From: Peptococcia bacterium
GTDB taxonomy: Bacteria > Bacillota > Peptococcia > DRI-13 > DTU073
Direction: 5' to 3'
Assembly: GCA_050951605.1 (NCBI GenBank)
Contig: JBMNJJ010000003.1
Coordinates: 4,510-68,509 of the forward strand
DNA: 64,000 bases
The notes below the pieces were generated by a model. The model ran no database searches and was not told where the DNA came from. It saw only the letters and a program-made list of their open reading frames with translations. How positions within the stretch are numbered: position 1 is the stretch's first letter; every line of letters begins with the position of its first letter. The position numbers and the translations under genes were made by a program. Positions 49,161 through 59,624 of the stretch are shown here, piece by piece.

Positions 49161-50348
49161 TCACCACTCACTTTCTTTCGCCGGGCGGGTATAAATATCA
49201 TCATACATACTGCCGTAAATGAACACATGCTCATCCTGACAAATTTCCCCTATTCCTTGCCCACACGGCGAAACAATAGCCCTTACTAAATATTCTCCAT
49301 CAGGGAGACTAACATCAGTATAATGTTTAGTCTCCCAAATTGTTTCCCCATCAGGAAAGGTATGACTTGTTTTCGGCAATTTCCAAGTAGTAAGCACACT
49401 CTTTCCTTTGGTTTCTGTTTGCACAGGAACCATTCTTTTAATCTCATTACTATCATAGAATTGCACAGCAACTTGTGTCGGACCGAAAAACTTTCCACCT
49501 TTAGCTTTGGCTTTATCAGGTACTTTTGTTTCCCAATCAGTCCAATATGTTGTTTTTACTGTTAAATCATAACCATAACCGGACCTGGTTACTTTATTGG
49601 GGTCCTGCCCATAGATGCTGATTTTACGCTGTGAATTATATTTTGGTTCCCGATTTTGCGCATCAGGATAAATTTCCCAATAACCGCGACTTTCCCTGCC
49701 TCCATTAGGGTCTCCCTGTTTTGTATTAATACTAAAATCTACCGTGAGCTTTTCTTGATAAATAACTGTTTTTTCTTTAGAGCTAGTACAAGTTGCAGGA
49801 TGATATACTCCATTATCATCAGTATAGCTACAGTTACGTTTCTCCTGCCAATGATATGTTTCCGACCATTCATTTTCATCTATATTCGTAAATTCGCATT
49901 GTGGAATAATCAGATTAGGCTCTTCCACCATGATCGAAGCCCTTTTAATATTATTGGTTGTATTAACTTCTCCCTCTACCGGCACTACTTCTATTTTCAA
50001 GGTGCATTTTCCCGCCTTAGCCGGAGCCTGCCAATTAAATTTTCGTTCACAGCTTTCTCCCGCTTCTAAAGTTAAGACTTCACTGCCTATCTTTTTACCT
50101 GCAGCAAAATATTGAGCCGTAAATTGTTCTAGACGGTCTCCAGTATTACGAAAAACAGCAGTAGCAATTTGGCTAGTGTTTGTCTGCACCGGGCTGGTCT
50201 GCTGTATTTCTACCGCTTCCAGGTCTATAACTAAAGGCTTCGGCACACCATAAAATTTAAGATGAACCGGCAAATACCACCGCCAGCCTTCGACCAACTC
50301 TAGCTGGCCATCTTGTTTGACATTTTCGGCTTGCATTTTATCATGCAA
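49161..50348 (-). CDS. CARDB-like domain protein, no signal peptide, possibly 5'-truncated
   Basis: AVFRNTGDRLEQF...LEAGESCERKFNWQAP...GKCTLKIEVVPVEGEVNTTNN is CARDB-like. The frame is open upstream to a TAG with no ATG or GTG; the only start is the TTG at 50348, followed four codons later by an in-frame ATG. Confidence 0.45.
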   Translation of the reverse strand: MHDKMQAENVKQDGQLELVEGWRWYLPVHLKFYGVPKPLVIDLEAVEIQQTSPVQTNTSQIATAVFRNTGDRLEQFTAQYFAAGKKIGSEVLTLEAGESCERKFNWQAPAKAGKCTLKIEVVPVEGEVNTTNNIKRASIMVEEPNLIIPQCEFTNIDENEWSETYHWQEKRNCSYTDDNGVYHPATCTSSKEKTVIYQEKLTVDFSINTKQGDPNGGRESRGYWEIYPDAQNREPKYNSQRKISIYGQDPNKVTRSGYGYDLTVKTTYWTDWETKVPDKAKAKGGKFFGPTQVAVQFYDSNEIKRMVPVQTETKGKSVLTTWKLPKTSHTFPDGETIWETKHYTDVSLPDGEYLVRAIVSPCGQGIGEICQDEHVFIYGSMYDDIYTRPAKESEW

Positions 50349-50481
50349 ATAAAATTTAACAGTTAAATTTGATACCTCCGGAGCTAGTTGATAACTATGT
50401 GGTCTACGTTCGCAAAACTTGTTCTATGAATTCATCGATAATTTTCAAGATGAACATATCTTTTCTCCATCTTTGCTCGCT

Positions 50482-50865
50482 TTACCTCCACCACCGACGA
50501 GACTCATAATCTTCTTTCGTAAATGTTTTAAACCAATCGACACTTGCTTCTACTCGAATGTTCTCGTATGTCTTTTCCCATTCCTGATTCGGTTCAGCTT
50601 GAAAAGTGACATAACGTAAATATTTATCATTACAAGGGGCATTATCTAAATCTGTCCCTGCATAAGGCTCTTCCGGACCCGGCTGACCATCGGTATTCTG
50701 CCAAGTCTCTCCATCTGCATGGAGCCAAATATTAAAACAACCAACATCAATTCTTTCACCCAAAAACACTTCTTCTGCTACCGGCACCTCCGGCATTTCT
50801 TGTGCAAAAACGGGAAAGGACAGAAACAGAAAAACTAGTACCCCTAACCAGAAAAACCTTTTCAC
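50482..50865 (-). CDS. Small secreted hypothetical protein
   Basis: 127 aa with a clear signal peptide MKRFFWLGVLVFLFLSFPVFAQE. I recognise no family. Confidence 0.5.
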   Translation of the reverse strand: MKRFFWLGVLVFLFLSFPVFAQEMPEVPVAEEVFLGERIDVGCFNIWLHADGETWQNTDGQPGPEEPYAGTDLDNAPCNDKYLRYVTFQAEPNQEWEKTYENIRVEASVDWFKTFTKEDYESRRWWR

Positions 50866-50927
50866 AATTATTCTCCCCCTTGATAAAGAGGATTCTCAAT
50901 AACTAACATTCTGAAGCTTTACCATCA

Positions 50928-51767
50928 CTAGAGCGTATGTAGAGTAAACCCACTAATTTTTCTTAAATCTACAGGCTTATCTCCTGTAGCCTGTTCCAAG
51001 CGTGACTGCACAGGATATTTGTAAGTAAAAATAGTACTCTCCTGCAAGTCACTATAATAACATCTGTTTCTGTTTAACTGTCCGTTTTCCACCATATATA
51101 ATGCTATTGGACTCCGATCTTTAGAATACTGTTTTACGTATATGTATTTTTCATCAACAGTTAAACTATAAATAATTCTACTATCCTTAAGTTTTACTGG
51201 TAACTCAGACGTCTTTACATATTGAATCCTCGCTGATGGGAGGTCTGAGCGTTCTAAAGGTCTACTTCCCCCTTTAAAAGGCAACTCACTTGGTTTAAAC
51301 GGAATTCCCTCAAACTCATGCACCGAAGGCAAGTTTGTCGTAATAAAGACCTTCCGTTTATCTCCATTCCAATAAACATGAGCACCCAAACATTCACTTA
51401 CAAAACGCAAAGGCACCATTGTACGGTTTCCCATAATTGTTGCCGTTGTATCTAAAGTAATCTTTTCACTACCCTTCCGGGCAAATTTCTCCCCTACTGT
51501 CAAGAAGATAGTTTCTCCTGCGTGCTTTATCTCTACTGTTTTCGTTTCCTCAAACCACTCTACGCCCCCACCTAAAGCCTGAGAAACAAACCTAATGGGT
51601 ACCAAAGTACGATTGTCCGCATTAATCAAAGGTTTCTGGTCAGGAAAAGCTACTTCCACTTCATCCACATAAACACGCACCTCATCTGTAATAGCAAAAA
51701 TAGGTAACGCAAGCCCCACCAACAGTATTACTCCTAGCAGCAGAATCACGACTCTCTTTTTTCCCAT
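50928..51767 (-). CDS. Secreted protein with copper-amine-oxidase N-terminal-like (stalk) domain
   Basis: Signal peptide, then NRTLVPIRFVSQALGGGVEW and NRTMVPLRFVSECLGAHVYW, the paired repeats typical of Cu_amine_oxidN1. Confidence 0.75.
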   Translation of the reverse strand: MGKKRVVILLLGVILLVGLALPIFAITDEVRVYVDEVEVAFPDQKPLINADNRTLVPIRFVSQALGGGVEWFEETKTVEIKHAGETIFLTVGEKFARKGSEKITLDTTATIMGNRTMVPLRFVSECLGAHVYWNGDKRKVFITTNLPSVHEFEGIPFKPSELPFKGGSRPLERSDLPSARIQYVKTSELPVKLKDSRIIYSLTVDEKYIYVKQYSKDRSPIALYMVENGQLNRNRCYYSDLQESTIFTYKYPVQSRLEQATGDKPVDLRKISGFTLHTL

Positions 51768-51911
51768 TTTTCTTCCTCCTTCAACATAAAAAAGACTACT
51801 GAAATACCTAACCTTTCAATAGCCTTTTTCTAACATTTTGCTTCCATATATTCCCTATTTTAACATATTTCTTTTTCTTGTCAATACTTTACAAATCTTG
51901 ATCGTGTCAAG

Positions 51912-53462
51912 TTACTTTGGGTTTTTAAAAAATAAAGTAATCCCCCTGTTTATCTTCCAATTTAAGCACCTCTTACTGATTTGAGGAACTGTGAGGCCCA
52001 GGTCTTTTTACCGATATTCAAAATAGTTATATTACCAATAGTTTCATGTGACGCAGACAGTTTTCTTTTTTTCAATATTTCCTGATCAACCTTTATTGCT
52101 CTTGCTTCATTAATTACTCGCTTTTTTTCTTTCTATAAACAAATCATAAATTTCCCCACCGTTTGCTACAAAAACCCTTAATCTCGCCATCTGGTCCACG
52201 CCTGTTTTACACCAGCCCAAAGGCCTTGAACTCAATCGTGATGATAGTATATGGCTCACGTGACCCTCTGCACTGCAGCCGACATAATCTGCCTCATACT
52301 GGTTCCTTATTCCTTGCCAATTGCCTAGTATATACTTTCTTGCCTCCCGTACTGACTTTTTCTTTGTCTCTGTTTCGGTTGTACTAATGATTATTTTAAA
52401 TAGCTCTTTTACGCTTTTTCTATCACCGTTATTTATGTAATTCCACATGATTGGTGTGGTATATCCCATATGGGCTGTTGCCTGTGTCACATACTTGGAT
52501 AGATGATAGCGATCCAATACGTAGATGCTTCCCTTTATCCAACTTACCCCATTCTTTATCCAGGGTGCACCGTCCCCTGAAAGGTATATCTTTTCAATCG
52601 AATCCATATCATAGGCTTGGTCTATATAATCTGCAACCTCAATCCACAATTCATCACTATTATTATATACACCACTAAAATACCTTGCATTTATTAGCTT
52701 CCAGCGGTCTTTTCCTACTTTCTTTTTACCTTCATGTACATACACTAATTTGGGTTCTATGTGTCCCCCATTCTGCAATGACTACATGGTCTTCATCCGC
52801 TTCTATGTAGAGTGTTTTAACAGCCTTTTTCTCTTGTTTAACCTCCACGGCATCATTTTCTATACCACCAAGCTCGCGAATACTGTTCATAACCGTCTGT
52901 GACCGGTAAGACTTACCGCGTCAGCGGCTTTTTCTCCACTTCTGCTATAAGGCATGAAAACGGCTTCTTCTATCAGCCTAGTCTTTAATGAAGCGTCTAA
53001 GCTTATCATGAGCAGATATCCCCACCGCCTCATCTGACAAATAGCTATATTCCCCGGTCTTTTTGTTCTCATAATATGTTCTCTTATATTTAACTTCTCC
53101 AAATATTGTTGCTAAGAGTCTTTTTATCATCCTTGCTTTTTACTGTCCAGTTACAGCTTTCTCGCTTTGCTGTTTCTATACACTTCATCCATTGTTTCCA
53201 AAGCCTCTAGCTACTAATTTTACCCCAACCTCATCTAATGTTTCCTTAGTGGCTAGGATAAATTCAGAAATATCTCCTCGTTCACATATTAAGTTCCTTA
53301 ATTCTTTTTCATAACTATTACTGATTTTCTCAATGATTTCATGTATAATTAATTCCATAAGAGCATCTCCCTTTCTGTGGTTTCTTGTGGTTCTTGACCA
53401 ATTACATGATATCACAGGGGAGATACTCTTGTTTTTTATTTCTTAATTTTTCCCCAAAGTAA
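51912..53462 (-). mobile_element. Decayed ISLre2/UPF0236-family insertion sequence (~1.55 kb)
   Basis: Transposase fragments lie in several frames. The candidate terminal inverted repeat has a 10-nt core, TTACTTTGGG at 51912-51921 and its reverse complement at 53453-53462. The boundaries are tentative. Confidence 0.5.
52110..53358 (-). pseudogene. ISLre2/UPF0236-type transposase, multiply frameshifted
   Basis: N-terminus MELIIHEIIEKISNSYEKELRNLICERGDISEF (53358 downward). Middle pieces IFGEVKYKRTYYENKKTGEYSYLSDEAVGI and ...TLYIEADEDHV lie in other frames. The intact C-terminal 222 aa (52110-52778) include SGDGAPWIKN...LDRYHL. Confidence 0.75.
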
Positions 53463-53671
53463 TTTTACACTATGCACATTTTTATTTTCCGTATTCGAAA
53501 AGACGTTTCTGAATACCCATTAAACAATAGCCCAGCCAAAAAAATCTAGAATATCCTACAGACTAATTTTAAGCGGGCTATATATACTTCCCATCCTATT
53601 AATAATATACCTGCCCCAAATTGACTCAAGCAAGTCAAGAACCAGCCCCAACTTGCAAAACTTATATTTTG

Positions 53672-54106
53672 TTATGAAATTGCATTTAATATTTTTAACT
53701 TAATACTTTCATTTTCAATATCATAATTAAACATACTCGCAATAATTTCTCTTAATAACTCTTTACTGATTTTCCCTGCTGCAACATGATAACTAATATT
53801 CTCCATTAGTTTCATAAACTCAGATGCTAAAAATACATACCCATTTAAAAGAAGAAATTGTGTACACAAAGATAATGCTATTCTTTTATTTCCATCTATA
53901 AAACAATGAAATTTACAACTTCCCCAGAAAAGATGCGTTAGCTTATCTATGAACTCAGGGTAATAATCGTCATTTTGTATATGCGCTAATACACTACCCA
54001 ATTGCTCGACATCTCTATAACCTAATGTTCCACCACCACTTTTCTCAATTGTTAACCTATGAGTTTCAATAGCTTGTTCTAAGGTAATATAAATTATATC
54101 TTCCAT
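53672..54106 (-). CDS. doc: Doc (death-on-curing) / Fic-family toxin
   Basis: 144 aa. KFHCFIDGNKRIALS matches the Doc variant of the Fic motif, H-x-F-x-(D/E)-G-N-K-R. Confidence 0.82.
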   Translation of the reverse strand: MEDIIYITLEQAIETHRLTIEKSGGGTLGYRDVEQLGSVLAHIQNDDYYPEFIDKLTHLFWGSCKFHCFIDGNKRIALSLCTQFLLLNGYVFLASEFMKLMENISYHVAAGKISKELLREIIASMFNYDIENESIKLKILNAIS

Positions 54107-54303
54107 TATTCCCGCTCCCTCAAGCGCTTTAGAACATCCTTAGCCTCATCTAATCTCTCCGATAATTCTTTACTTTTCTCACCTAAAAAGCGTTCAAATT
54201 CTTCAGCTTTCAATGGCTTTACATATTCTTTAAGTTTTAAATGCAATGCATCTCTAAAAGCTAAATCTCTACTTGCCATTTTAACCCTTGCTTTATCTAT
54301 CAA
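54106..54303 (-). CDS. Putative antitoxin partner of Doc (start may be ATG 54279)
   Basis: 57-65 aa, charged and helical. Its TAA overlaps the doc ATG (TAATG). Confidence 0.55.
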   Translation of the reverse strand: MIDKARVKMASRDLAFRDALHLKLKEYVKPLKAEEFERFLGEKSKELSERLDEAKDVLKRLRERE

Positions 54304-54335
54304 AGGTTTCCAATGAGGTAAACTTTCAAAATTAT

Positions 54336-55064
54336 TTAAAAATTGTATCTACGTTCCCAGGAACTCAACATACGTCCTTCTTTTTCCGATTCTTTCTTAA
54401 TAAACTCTCCTAATCCACATTCATAAGATGCAATTAAATCTAGCACCTCGGAATAAAGCGTATCTCTTACTTTATCGCGCTTATTTAATTTTAATATTTC
54501 CCGATATTCATGAGCCTTCTCTTTAAAGATACTTTGATAAATTTTATTGGTATATAAGGGATATTTAAAATTGCCCATATCAACATAATTTTTTAATGCA
54601 TCAGTAAAAACTTTCCGATAATTTTCTTCCTCAAAAAATGAATTTAAAAAATCTTCATCTCTTTGATTAATATATTTAGTTGAACCACCAGTCTTTTTAT
54701 TGATTACATCTATTACAATATCAAGAATAGCTTGCCTTAATAATTTCGCTCTTTCACTCTCATCTAAAAGCATCCCTACATTTAAAAATGCTTTAAAATC
54801 AAAGACCCCCAATTGCGATGTACTCCTACCGACATTAATGTCGGTAGGCTCTTGCTTTTTTATCTCTAAGATAAAGCTTCGCAAGCGTTTTCCTCGTAAA
54901 ACCTCATAACCATTTTTACCCAATTCAGATCCATTTTGCTCAAGAACCCTCTCTATAGTTCTTACATCAACTTCATAAAACCCTGCTAATTGTTCTTTTG
55001 TAAACCGATATGAACCTTCAAAAAGAATTCCTTTTATATGCGTTGCCTTCTCGATTTCATACAA
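54336..55064 (-). CDS. Hypothetical protein, possible N-terminal HTH (TTG start without a convincing RBS)
   Basis: 242 aa. FTKEQLAGFYEVDVRTIERVL looks HTH-like. I do not recognise the family. Confidence 0.4.
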   Translation of the reverse strand: MYEIEKATHIKGILFEGSYRFTKEQLAGFYEVDVRTIERVLEQNGSELGKNGYEVLRGKRLRSFILEIKKQEPTDINVGRSTSQLGVFDFKAFLNVGMLLDESERAKLLRQAILDIVIDVINKKTGGSTKYINQRDEDFLNSFFEEENYRKVFTDALKNYVDMGNFKYPLYTNKIYQSIFKEKAHEYREILKLNKRDKVRDTLYSEVLDLIASYECGLGEFIKKESEKEGRMLSSWERRYNF

Positions 55065-56229
55065 CGCATAAGTATTATTTAATATATTCTGCCTATCAAC
55101 CCTAGAATTAGTTAAATCTTTAATATTCTTTTTAATGCATTTTTACACCTTCTTCCAAATCTCTCTTAAACCTATTTTTAATTTTATCTTATAATAAATA
55201 TTATACAAAACTTCAGTAAGTTCCTTTTTTCGAAGCCATTAGGTCCACCCTAATAAAGCAATCCGGATTTCGGTCGATGCCTTTGTTAAGATATAGTTCC
55301 AAGCATTAAGAAGCTTTTTTTCACTTCTGTCAGCTAATTTGCCAAGAGCAGTCCTTGCCTCATCCACTCTGCCAACCGCTCTTTTTAGAAGCATGTCATC
55401 CATCCCATTAGGTTCCGTCATGTTTTAGCCTATTCCTGTGGATAAAAAACCTCGATACTTTCATCCAATGTTTCATCGGGGTTTTCCAGTATAAGCCAAT
55501 ATTTTAAAAAGTCCATGAACTCTGCCGTAATCATTGCTATGTGTTTCAACAACGTCATCTGCATTGTTAAGATCAATGGGTGTGGATCGATATTGGGTAC
55601 CAAAAATACGATTAACATTTCCACCGCTCCTGGTCATCTTTACTTAAAACAGTAACTTTCATTCATAATCTCCTTTATTAACGTATTCCTCTAACCATAT
55701 TATACCCACGCATATATAGGCCACTCAATTGCGAAAAATTTAATTCTAAATAATTAATATTTTTCCCGACAGACAGAATTCAAAAGGAACACATTTTCTT
55801 ACTACTATACCCTTTTCTCTACTATTAAAATTAACAATCTCCCCCACGCTTTAAAAATATTTCCATAACTACTTTTATTATTATACACTATTGTTCAAAA
55901 AAGGATATTGAAACCGGTCAAACAATCACACTATTTGCTGAAATTATTCCGCACAATACAAAATCTCTGTATAATTACGAACAAAAAACCGCTATCCAAC
56001 TTTACGTCTTACAGCGGCATTTAAATTAAGAATAATTTTCCTTTTGTTAACCATTCGGGGCAGTTTTTCATATCCACCATTGTTCCCAAAAAACTTCACT
56101 TATTTTACACCTATTGTTTCCTACCCATTTATATCAGGTAATGTAGCAAGAAAGATTAGTTTATTATTACCATCAAAAAAATAAGGCAGTTGATTATCAA
56201 TTTTTTATTACGAATAACTTGCTTTAAAA

Positions 56230-57076
56230 CTAACACAATTCACTTAAATACCTTTGTAAAGCATCTTGCCAATTAGGGAGTTCGTCGAATCCCTCTAACT
56301 TCAAACTTTTCTTTGATAAACGTGAGTTTTTTAGGTCTAGCTGCTCTAGTAGTTAAATACTCTTCTGTTTTTACAGGATTCACAACTACATTCAAGCCTG
56401 CTATTTTAAATATTTCGCACGCAAATTCATACCAACTGCAATATCCCTCATTTGTGGCATGATATGTACCATATTTTTCTGTAAGCATCATCTTGGATAT
56501 CAACTCCGCAAGGTCAGGAGTATATGTCGGCGAGCCAACTTGGTCAGAAATTACCCGTAACTGATTTCCTTTTTCTCCAAGTCTCAACATTGTCTTAACA
56601 AAGTTATTCCCATTTAAGCCAAACACCCAGGATACTCTAATTATAAAAGCCTTGTCCAATAACCTTTGAACCTCTAATTCACCTTCATACTTAGTACGAC
56701 CATAATAGTTTATTGGATTAGGCTTATCCGTGACTTCAAAAGGTCGTTCGCCTTCTCCGTCAAAAACATAATCAGTACTGATATATACCATTTTTGCATT
56801 AATATCTGCACAAGCCTGTGCTACATATCTTGTCCCCAGTACATTTACTTTATAGCATAACTCTCTTTCTTCTTCAGCCTTATCAACAGCTGTATAAGCA
56901 GCACAATGTACAACTACATCCGGACTATATTTTTTAATAAATCCTTTTATTGCTAACTCATTCGTTAAATCAAACTCTCTCCTACTAGTACCCAAGCATT
57001 CAATATTAAGACGTTGAAGTCTTTGAACAACATCATATCCAAGCTGCCCATTAGCTCCTGTTACAAGAACTCTCAT
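56230..57076 (-). pseudogene. rfbD: dTDP-4-dehydrorhamnose reductase, one frameshift near the 3' end
   Basis: MRVLVTGANGQLG...STDYVFDG. After AARPK the frame is lost at the T6 run 56327-56332. The next frame gives NSRLSKKSLKLEGFDELPNWQDALQRYLSEL-stop, the canonical RmlD tail. 847 nt = 3x282+1. Confidence 0.85.
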
Positions 57077-57118
57077 GCATATCACCATAATTTCTATTTT
57101 CAAAAACTATATTTCTAA

Positions 57119-58151
57119 CTAGCCATTTCCTTTTTTCTTACTATATATTTTTTCGTAGTAATTCTTGTATTCCCCATTAATAATATTTTCCCACCACTGT
57201 CTATTCTCCAAATACCATTTAATTGTCAATTTAATCCCTTCATTAAATTCAATCTTTGGTTGCCAACCCAATTCTCTTTTTATTTTAAATGGATCAATAG
57301 CATAACGTAAATCATGCCCAGGTCTATCTGTTACATACGAAATAAGTGATTCTGGTTTACCTAATTCACTTAAAATTGTTTTTTACAACTTCTAAATTAG
57401 ATCTTTCATTATGCCCTCCTACATTATACACTTCACCTACTGTCCCTTTATGAATAATTAAATCAATTGCCGAACAATGATCATCAACATGCAACCAGTC
57501 TCTAACATTTTCACCCTTACCATATATAGGGAGTTTTTGTTCATCTAAAGCTTTTATAATCATTAAGGGAATTAGTTTTTCCGGGAATTGAAATGGACCA
57601 TAATTATTAGAACACCTAGATATCGTTATTGGTAAATTAAATGTTCTATAATATGATAAAACTAAAAGATCCGCCGCTGCTTTTGAAGCAGAGTAAGGTG
57701 AAGAGGTCTGAATAGGAGTCTTTTCCGTAAAAAACAAATCAAGTTTATCAAGCGGAAGGTCTCCATAAACCTCATCTGTTGAAACTTGATGAAATCTTTT
57801 TATCCCATATTTTCTACAAGCATCCATTAATACTTGAGTCCCAATAATATTTGTTTTAAGAAAAATTTCCGGATCCTCTATAGAACGATCTACATGAGAT
57901 TCCGCTGCAAAATTCACAACAATATCGAATTGTTCTTCCTCAAAAAGTTCTAATATAAAGTCCCTATCAACTATATCTCCTTTAACAAACCTAAAATTAG
58001 GATTATCCATTACTTCTTTTAATGTTTCAAGATTCCCCGCATAAGTCAAAAGGTCTAAGCAAACAATTCTATAATCAGGATATTTATCTAACATATAAAA
58101 TATGAAATTACTCCCAATAAATCCCGCTCCACCAGTAACTAATATATTCAA
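57119..58151 (-). pseudogene. rfbB: dTDP-glucose 4,6-dehydratase, one frameshift
   Basis: [16 protein letters not shown]...YSASKAA... The frame is lost at the T6 run 57379-57384. The next frame continues GKPESLISYVTDRPGHDLRYAIDP...WWENI. 1033 nt = 3x344+1. Confidence 0.88.
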
Positions 58152-58169
58152 TTTAATCCTCCTCCAGTT

Positions 58170-58722
58170 TTAATATTTAAAATTACAATCACTATCCCTC
58201 AATAAGGGAGCTTTTAAATCTTTTTCTGAAAGAATTGGCTTTCCTATGCCCCAAGCAACTCCTATTTCCGGGTCATCAAAGCGAATACTCCTATCACATT
58301 CCGGTGCATAATACTCATCTACCTTATATTGTACTTCAACATCATCTAAAAGTGTTAGAAAGCCATGCGCAAATCCTTTAGGAATTAAAATCTGCTTCTT
58401 GTTTTCTTCCGAAAGTTCTACCGCCACCCACTGTTTATATGTAGGAGACCCCTGTCTAATATCTACGGCAACATCAAGAATTTTTCCTCTTAGGCACCTT
58501 ACCAGCTTAGTTTGTGGCTTAGGATTAACTTGAAAATGCAAACCCCTTAAAGTACCTTTCTTCGCTGATAAAGAATGATTGTCTTGTACAAAATTTATCT
58601 CAATCCCCTGTTGTTTGGAACTTTAATCTCGAATATGACTCCATAAACCAACCTCTGTGATCTCCATACACCTTAGGTTCTATTATATACACACCTTCAA
58701 TTTTCGTCTTAACTATTCGCAA
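58170..58722 (-). pseudogene. rfbC: dTDP-4-dehydrorhamnose 3,5-epimerase, one frameshift
   Basis: The N-terminal piece (L)RIVKTKIEGVYIIEPKVYGDHRGWFMESYS stops at the C4 run 58605-58608. The next frame continues IEINFVQDNHSLSAKKGTLRGLHFQ into ORF 58170-58541. 553 nt = 3x184+1. Confidence 0.88.
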
Positions 58723-58740
58723 AACAATCACTCCAATTAT

Positions 58741-59624
58741 CTAATATCTGATTTGACCCTCAGCTACTCGCCTTAGATGATTACCATACGGTGATTTGCC
58801 ATATTTATTTGCCGATTCTAAAAGTTGTTTTCTATTTATCCATTTATGGTTAAAAGCAATTTCTTCAAGGAGCCGCAATCTTTATCCCTTGCCTTTTTTC
58901 AATTATTCTGACAAACTCTGCTGCATCAACAAGAGTATCCATAGTACCTGTATCAAGCCAAGCAAAGCCTCTTCCTAAAAGCTTTACATCTAGATCTCCT
59001 TGTTCCAAATAAATCCTATTTAAATCAGTGATTTCTAATTCTCCCCTTGCACTTAGGTGTCAATGATTTAGCATATTCAACTACTCTATGATCATAAAAA
59101 TATAGTCCCGTCACTGCATAATTTGATTTAGGTTTAGTCGGCTTTTCTTCTATTGAAAGCACTCTTCCTTCATTATCAAATTCTACTACCCCAAACCTTT
59201 CCGGGTCATCAACATAATATCCAAAAACAGTAGCTCTACCTTTATTTGCAACTGCTTCTCTTAATATTTTCCCTAAGTTATTTCCATAAAAAATATTATC
59301 TCCTAAAATTAATACACAATCATCATTTACCAATAAAATCTTCTCCAATAATAAAAGCTTGAGCTAGTCCATCTGGAGAGGGTTTGTTCTGCATAAGAAA
59401 GCTTAATTCCAAATTGACTACCATCTCCTAAAAGTTTTTTAAAATTAGGTAAATCAATTGGTGTTGAAATAATTAATATATCCCGAATACCAGCCAACAT
59501 TAATACGGATAGTGGATAATAAACCATAGGTTTATCATAAATCGGCAAAAGCTGCTTATCTTGTTACCATCGTAAGTGGGTATAAGCGTGTACCTGACCC
59601 ACCTGCTAAGATAATTCCTTTCAA
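58741..59624 (-). pseudogene. rfbA: Glucose-1-phosphate thymidylyltransferase, five frameshifts
   Basis: RmlA segments appear in successive frames. These are (L)KGIILAGGSGTRLYPLT; [32 protein letters not shown]; [18 protein letters not shown]; [15 protein letters not shown]...[12 protein letters not shown]; [19 protein letters not shown]...WLDTGT; and EEIAFNHKWI. 884 nt = 3x293+5. Confidence 0.88.

Noticed and set aside
55239-55624. Two small ORFs (60 and 64 aa) that might be a degraded toxin-antitoxin pair (nucleotidyltransferase/HEPN-like) or real small proteins
   Set aside because: I recognise no motifs and see no convincing RBS. The upstream reading frames break immediately. This is too weak to call.
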